A stretch of 64,000 nt of DNA, from the NCBI GenBank assembly GCA_963796055.1, contig CAWCKH010000004.1:3200001-3264000 (forward strand). The letters run 5' to 3'. Position 1 is the first letter of the stretch. Each line of letters starts with the position of its first letter. Positions 60,466 to 64,000 of the stretch are shown here, piece by piece. The notes beneath the pieces are model-generated. The model was not told the DNA's origin, did not search any database, and saw only the letters and a program-made list of their open reading frames with translations. This DNA comes from an uncultured delta proteobacterium (GTDB lineage: Bacteria; Myxococcota; Myxococcia; Myxococcales; Myxococcaceae). The position numbers and the translations under genes were made by a program.

Positions 60466-61422
60466 GTGGGGAGCGAAGGTTTGCCCAGCGACACGGATCG
60501 CACCCAGCACGACGCCCTCGACGAAGCGGTGGACCTCCCGATGGACCGCAAGCGGGAGATCCTCGCCCGCGAGGCGCTGCTCGACCGCGATCACTGGACG
60601 GTGCTGGGCATCAAGCCCGGGGCGACGGCCGAGGCGGTGAAGCTGGCCTACTTCGATGCGAGCCGCATCTTTCACCCGGACCGGTACTACGGGAAGAACC
60701 TGGGCAGCTACCGCGCCCGGCTGGACCGGATCTTCCAGCGGCTGAGCGAGGCGCACGAGGCGCTCACCGAGGCGCTGCGCCATGCACCCCCGTCGGGGGC
60801 TGGCGCGACCCGGGTCGGACGGGGGAGCACCGCCGGGAGCCATTCGACCGCCGACCCCCGCGCCGACGAGCGCCGGGCCCGGCTGGCCCGGCACCCCTAT
60901 CTGGCGACGAAGGCCCGGGCCGCCACGCTGGTGGACGAGGCGCAGCGCCAGCTCAAGACCTCCCCGGACAAGGCGCTCCGGCTGCTCGAGAAGGCCAAGG
61001 CCCTGGGCGGGGTCGCGGGGAAGGAGCGCGCGCCGGCGCTGGAGACCGAGGCCAAGCAGCACCTGGCCAGCAAGCGCGCCGAGGACGAGATGCAGGCGGG
61101 GAGCGCCGCCGCGCACGACCATGACGCCGCCGCGGCCGCACACGCCTATTCCCGCGCCTCCAACCTCGACCCGGCGCGGGCAGACGCAGCGTACGAGGCG
61201 GCCCGCTGGATGATGAAGGCCGGGCACCCCCTGGCCGAGGCCCGAGGGTTCGCCCAGCGCGCGGTGTCGCTCCGGACTGACCACCTGCCGTCCCAGCTGC
61301 TTCTGGCGGAGATCTGCCTCCGGATGGGGATGGGCTCGGTGGCCCGCCGACATCTCGAGGCGGCGCTGAAGCTCGATCCCCGGAACGCCGAGGCCAAGGC
61401 GATGCTTCGTCAGGTACGCTAG
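60466..61422 (+). CDS. J-domain (DnaJ-like) protein with C-terminal TPRs
   Basis: DHWTVLGI..VKLAYF..FHPDRY; LEAALKLDPRNAEA; start uncertain (60541 possible). Confidence 0.88.
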   Translation: MGSEGLPSDTDRTQHDALDEAVDLPMDRKREILAREALLDRDHWTVLGIKPGATAEAVKLAYFDASRIFHPDRYYGKNLGSYRARLDRIFQRLSEAHEALTEALRHAPPSGAGATRVGRGSTAGSHSTADPRADERRARLARHPYLATKARAATLVDEAQRQLKTSPDKALRLLEKAKALGGVAGKERAPALETEAKQHLASKRAEDEMQAGSAAAHDHDAAAAAHAYSRASNLDPARADAAYEAARWMMKAGHPLAEARGFAQRAVSLRTDHLPSQLLLAEICLRMGMGSVARRHLEAALKLDPRNAEAKAMLRQVR

Positions 61423-61431
61423 CCCCCGAGG

Positions 61432-63279
61432 ATGGCAGAACAAGAGCCCGTCATCGGCATCGACCTCGGCACCACCAACAGCGTGGTGGCCATCGTCCAG
61501 GGCGGGCAGCCCCACGTCATCCGCAACCGGACCGGCCAGGCCCTGACCCCCTCGGTGGTGGCAGTGACCAGCGTCGGGAAGCGGCTGGTGGGCCAGCTGG
61601 CCAAGCGCCAGGCCATCACCAATCCCGAGAACACGGTCTACGCCAGCAAGCGGCTCATCGGCCGGAAGTTCAGCTCGGACCAGGTGCGCCGGGCGCGTGA
61701 GTCGCTGCCCTACCGCATCGTCTGCGGCGAGCACGACGACGTCCGGGTCCAGATGGGCGACAAGGCGGTCTCCCTTCCGGAGATCTCCGCCGCGGTGCTC
61801 CGGGAGCTGAAGCTCGACGCCGAGGCGTTCCTCGGCCGGCCGGTGAGCAAGGCGGTGGTGACCGTCCCCGCCTACTTCAACGACGGGCAGCGCCAGGCGA
61901 CCAAGGACGCGGGCCGCATCGCCGGACTGGACGTCCTCCGGATCCTCAACGAGCCCACCGCGGCGGCCCTGGCCTACGGGTTCGGCAAGCAGGTGACCGG
62001 GAAGATCGCGGTGTTCGACCTCGGCGGCGGCACCCTGGACGTCAGCGTGCTCGAGGTCGCCAAGGGCGTCTTCGACGTGGTGGCCACCGGGGGCGACACC
62101 TATCTGGGCGGAGAGGACTTCGACGGCCGGATCATCGAGATGCTGGTGATGAACTTCGCCAAGGAGCACGGGGTCGACCTGCGCAAGGAGCGCATGGCGC
62201 TGCAGCGGCTCAAGGACGCCTCCGAGCGGGCGAAGATCGAGCTGTCGGAGCTGCAGGACACCAACATCAACCTGCCCTTCCTCTACACCCCGCCCGGCGG
62301 CACCTCCGCCATCCACCTGCAGGCCAGCCTCAGCCGGAGCCGCTTCGAGGAGCTGACCCAGGACCTGGTGGAGCGCACGGTGGAGATCGCCGACAAGGTG
62401 CTCTCCGAGGCCCAGGTGCACCCTGACGAGCTCAGGGAGATCGTCCTGGTCGGCGGGATGACGCGCATGCCCGCGGTGCAGAAGGCGGTACGCCGGCACT
62501 TCCAGCGTGACCCGTCCAAGGGCGTGCACCCCGAGGAGGTGGTGGCGCTCGGCGCGGCGCTGCAGGCGGACGCGCTGATGCAGCCTTCCAGCCAGGTGCT
62601 GCTCCTGGACGTCACGCCCCAGAGCCTCGGCGTGGCCATCGCCGGCGGCTACGACCGGGTGCTCATCCCCAAGAACACCACCGTCCCCACCTCGGTGACC
62701 GAGACCTTCCACACCAGCCGCGACGGGCAGACCACGGTGAAGATCATGGTCCTGCAGGGAGAGAGCGAGCTGGCCCACCAGAACGAGCTGCTGGGCGAGT
62801 TCATCCTCTCCGGGCTCCGGCTGGCGCCCCGGGGCGAGGTGGAGATCGAGGTCACCTTCGAGATCAACTCCGAGGGCATCGTCTCGGTCTCGGCCCGCGA
62901 CAAGGAGACCGGGCTCGAGCAGTCCATCACCGTCACCGCCTCCGGCGGTCTCACCCCGGAGGAGCTGAAGAACATCCTCGAGCAGCAGGCGGACAGCATG
63001 CTCGAGGCGCGCATCTCCTCCGAGGTGGAGCAGAAGCGGAACGCGCTCACCAGCGCCGCGGCCGAGGTCTCGGCGCTCATCCCCCGGGTGCGGCAGCTCA
63101 CCGGGAGCAGCGAGTTCGGGCGCGAGGCGCTCCGCCGGGCCGAGGAGGTCATCGTCTCCGCCCGCGCCGCCGCCCAGGGCGAGGACCTGGCCGCCCTGAC
63201 CGACTGGGTGGACCAGCTGGAACGGACGCGGGTGCTCTTCGTGGGCGTGCTCGAGCGGCTGGGGGCCAGACCGCCGTGA
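61432..63279 (+). CDS. Hsp70/DnaK paralog
   Basis: GIDLGTTNS, TVPAYFND, NEPTAAAL, DLGGGT, LGGEDFD, LLLDVTP; divergent C-terminal lid; no grpE adjacent. Confidence 0.95.
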   Translation: MAEQEPVIGIDLGTTNSVVAIVQGGQPHVIRNRTGQALTPSVVAVTSVGKRLVGQLAKRQAITNPENTVYASKRLIGRKFSSDQVRRARESLPYRIVCGEHDDVRVQMGDKAVSLPEISAAVLRELKLDAEAFLGRPVSKAVVTVPAYFNDGQRQATKDAGRIAGLDVLRILNEPTAAALAYGFGKQVTGKIAVFDLGGGTLDVSVLEVAKGVFDVVATGGDTYLGGEDFDGRIIEMLVMNFAKEHGVDLRKERMALQRLKDASERAKIELSELQDTNINLPFLYTPPGGTSAIHLQASLSRSRFEELTQDLVERTVEIADKVLSEAQVHPDELREIVLVGGMTRMPAVQKAVRRHFQRDPSKGVHPEEVVALGAALQADALMQPSSQVLLLDVTPQSLGVAIAGGYDRVLIPKNTTVPTSVTETFHTSRDGQTTVKIMVLQGESELAHQNELLGEFILSGLRLAPRGEVEIEVTFEINSEGIVSVSARDKETGLEQSITVTASGGLTPEELKNILEQQADSMLEARISSEVEQKRNALTSAAAEVSALIPRVRQLTGSSEFGREALRRAEEVIVSARAAAQGEDLAALTDWVDQLERTRVLFVGVLERLGARPP

Positions 63280-64000
63280 GCGCGCGGATCAACCAGCTGC
63301 TCGAGGCCGGGCTGTGGCTGAAGATGAGCGGCGACCTCGACGGTGCGCGCCGGCTCTTCGAGCAGGCGCTCAAGCTCGATCCCGACAGCATCCGGGCCCG
63401 CGAGCTGCTGGGGCCCTCGCTGCCTGAGGCCGAGGCCGTGCCGGAGGAGCTCCGCGACGTTCCCGCCACCCGGACCGACCTCTTCTCCGTGCCGCTGCCC
63501 CGGCTGTTCCAGGACGAGCCGCCCGCCCCGGCGGCGATGCCCGAGGAGTGGTGGAACGCGCCGCCCTCGGACATGGGGAACACCGCGCGCTTCTTCGTCC
63601 GGACCACCCAGCCGGGAGCATCGGGCGAGGCGCCCTCGTCCACGCACACCATCCCCTGGGGGCCCTCGCCGCTGCCGCCCCGCTCGCCGCCGCCCCAGGT
63701 GCCGGCGACGACGGGCGCCGCGGACGACTTCCAGGGGGACGACTTCGGCGAGAGTGGGGACGACTTCGGCCTCGAGCTGTCGGAGGGGACGCCGTCGCCG
63801 CTGGGCCGGTCGGGGCCGAAGCCCGTGCGTCCGCCGCCGCCGGAGCCCGCGCCCACCGAACCGTCCCGGACCACGGGGGCCATCCCGCTCCCGCCGGCGA
63901 ACGAGCCCCTTGCGCCGGTGGCTTCCCGGACGACCGGGGCGATTCCGCTGCCTCCCTTCCCGGGCTCGACCAGCCCCGTGCCGGGCCCGGCTCCGGTCGC
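63276..64000 (+). CDS. Hypothetical protein: N-terminal TPR-like helix pair then Pro-rich linker (3' truncated by window edge)
   Basis: GTG overlaps the Hsp70 stop; frame open to window end; LLEAGLWLKMSGDLDGARRLFEQALKLDP; absent from ORF track because there is no stop. Confidence 0.8.
   Translation, partial: MSARINQLLEAGLWLKMSGDLDGARRLFEQALKLDPDSIRARELLGPSLPEAEAVPEELRDVPATRTDLFSVPLPRLFQDEPPAPAAMPEEWWNAPPSDMGNTARFFVRTTQPGASGEAPSSTHTIPWGPSPLPPRSPPPQVPATTGAADDFQGDDFGESGDDFGLELSEGTPSPLGRSGPKPVRPPPPEPAPTEPSRTTGAIPLPPANEPLAPVASRTTGAIPLPPFPGSTSPVPGPAPV

Noticed and set aside
59545..62778. 1077 aa minus-strand ORF
   Set aside because: Antisense shadow of argD, the J protein and Hsp70; long antisense ORFs opposite hsp70 genes are a known artefact

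Overview
Very GC-rich, gene-dense chromosomal segment from a myxobacterium (Myxococcota). The assignment rests on an AglZ-type pseudo-receiver/coiled-coil protein, an AglU-type beta-propeller lipoprotein behind trmFO(gid), a SigD-like sigma factor, a TolQ/TolR/TolR (AglRQS-like) triplet and myxobacterial-type kinase/J-domain/Hsp70 paralogs. From memory (not verified), the gene order resembles the Myxococcus xanthus sigD...aglZ...topA...aglU-xerC-hslVU-argD-dnaK region. I can support about 60 CDS and one 6S RNA. I saw no tRNA, rRNA, CRISPR array, IS element or prophage. Three conserved genes (aglZ, trmFO, argD) each carry one extra base, most likely sequencing errors. This looks like mostly core genome, and I cannot claim a new system with certainty. 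The best candidate is a queD - divergent folE - SDR - FAD-oxidase operon whose FolE keeps its zinc ligands but has lost His179 and phosphate-binding residues. Other leads are a catalytically degenerate Fic protein in the nfo/DHH/desulfurase operon, a shared palindromic operator in a lipid-catabolism cluster, a structured sigD leader, and a receiver protein with an HPD-less J-like domain.
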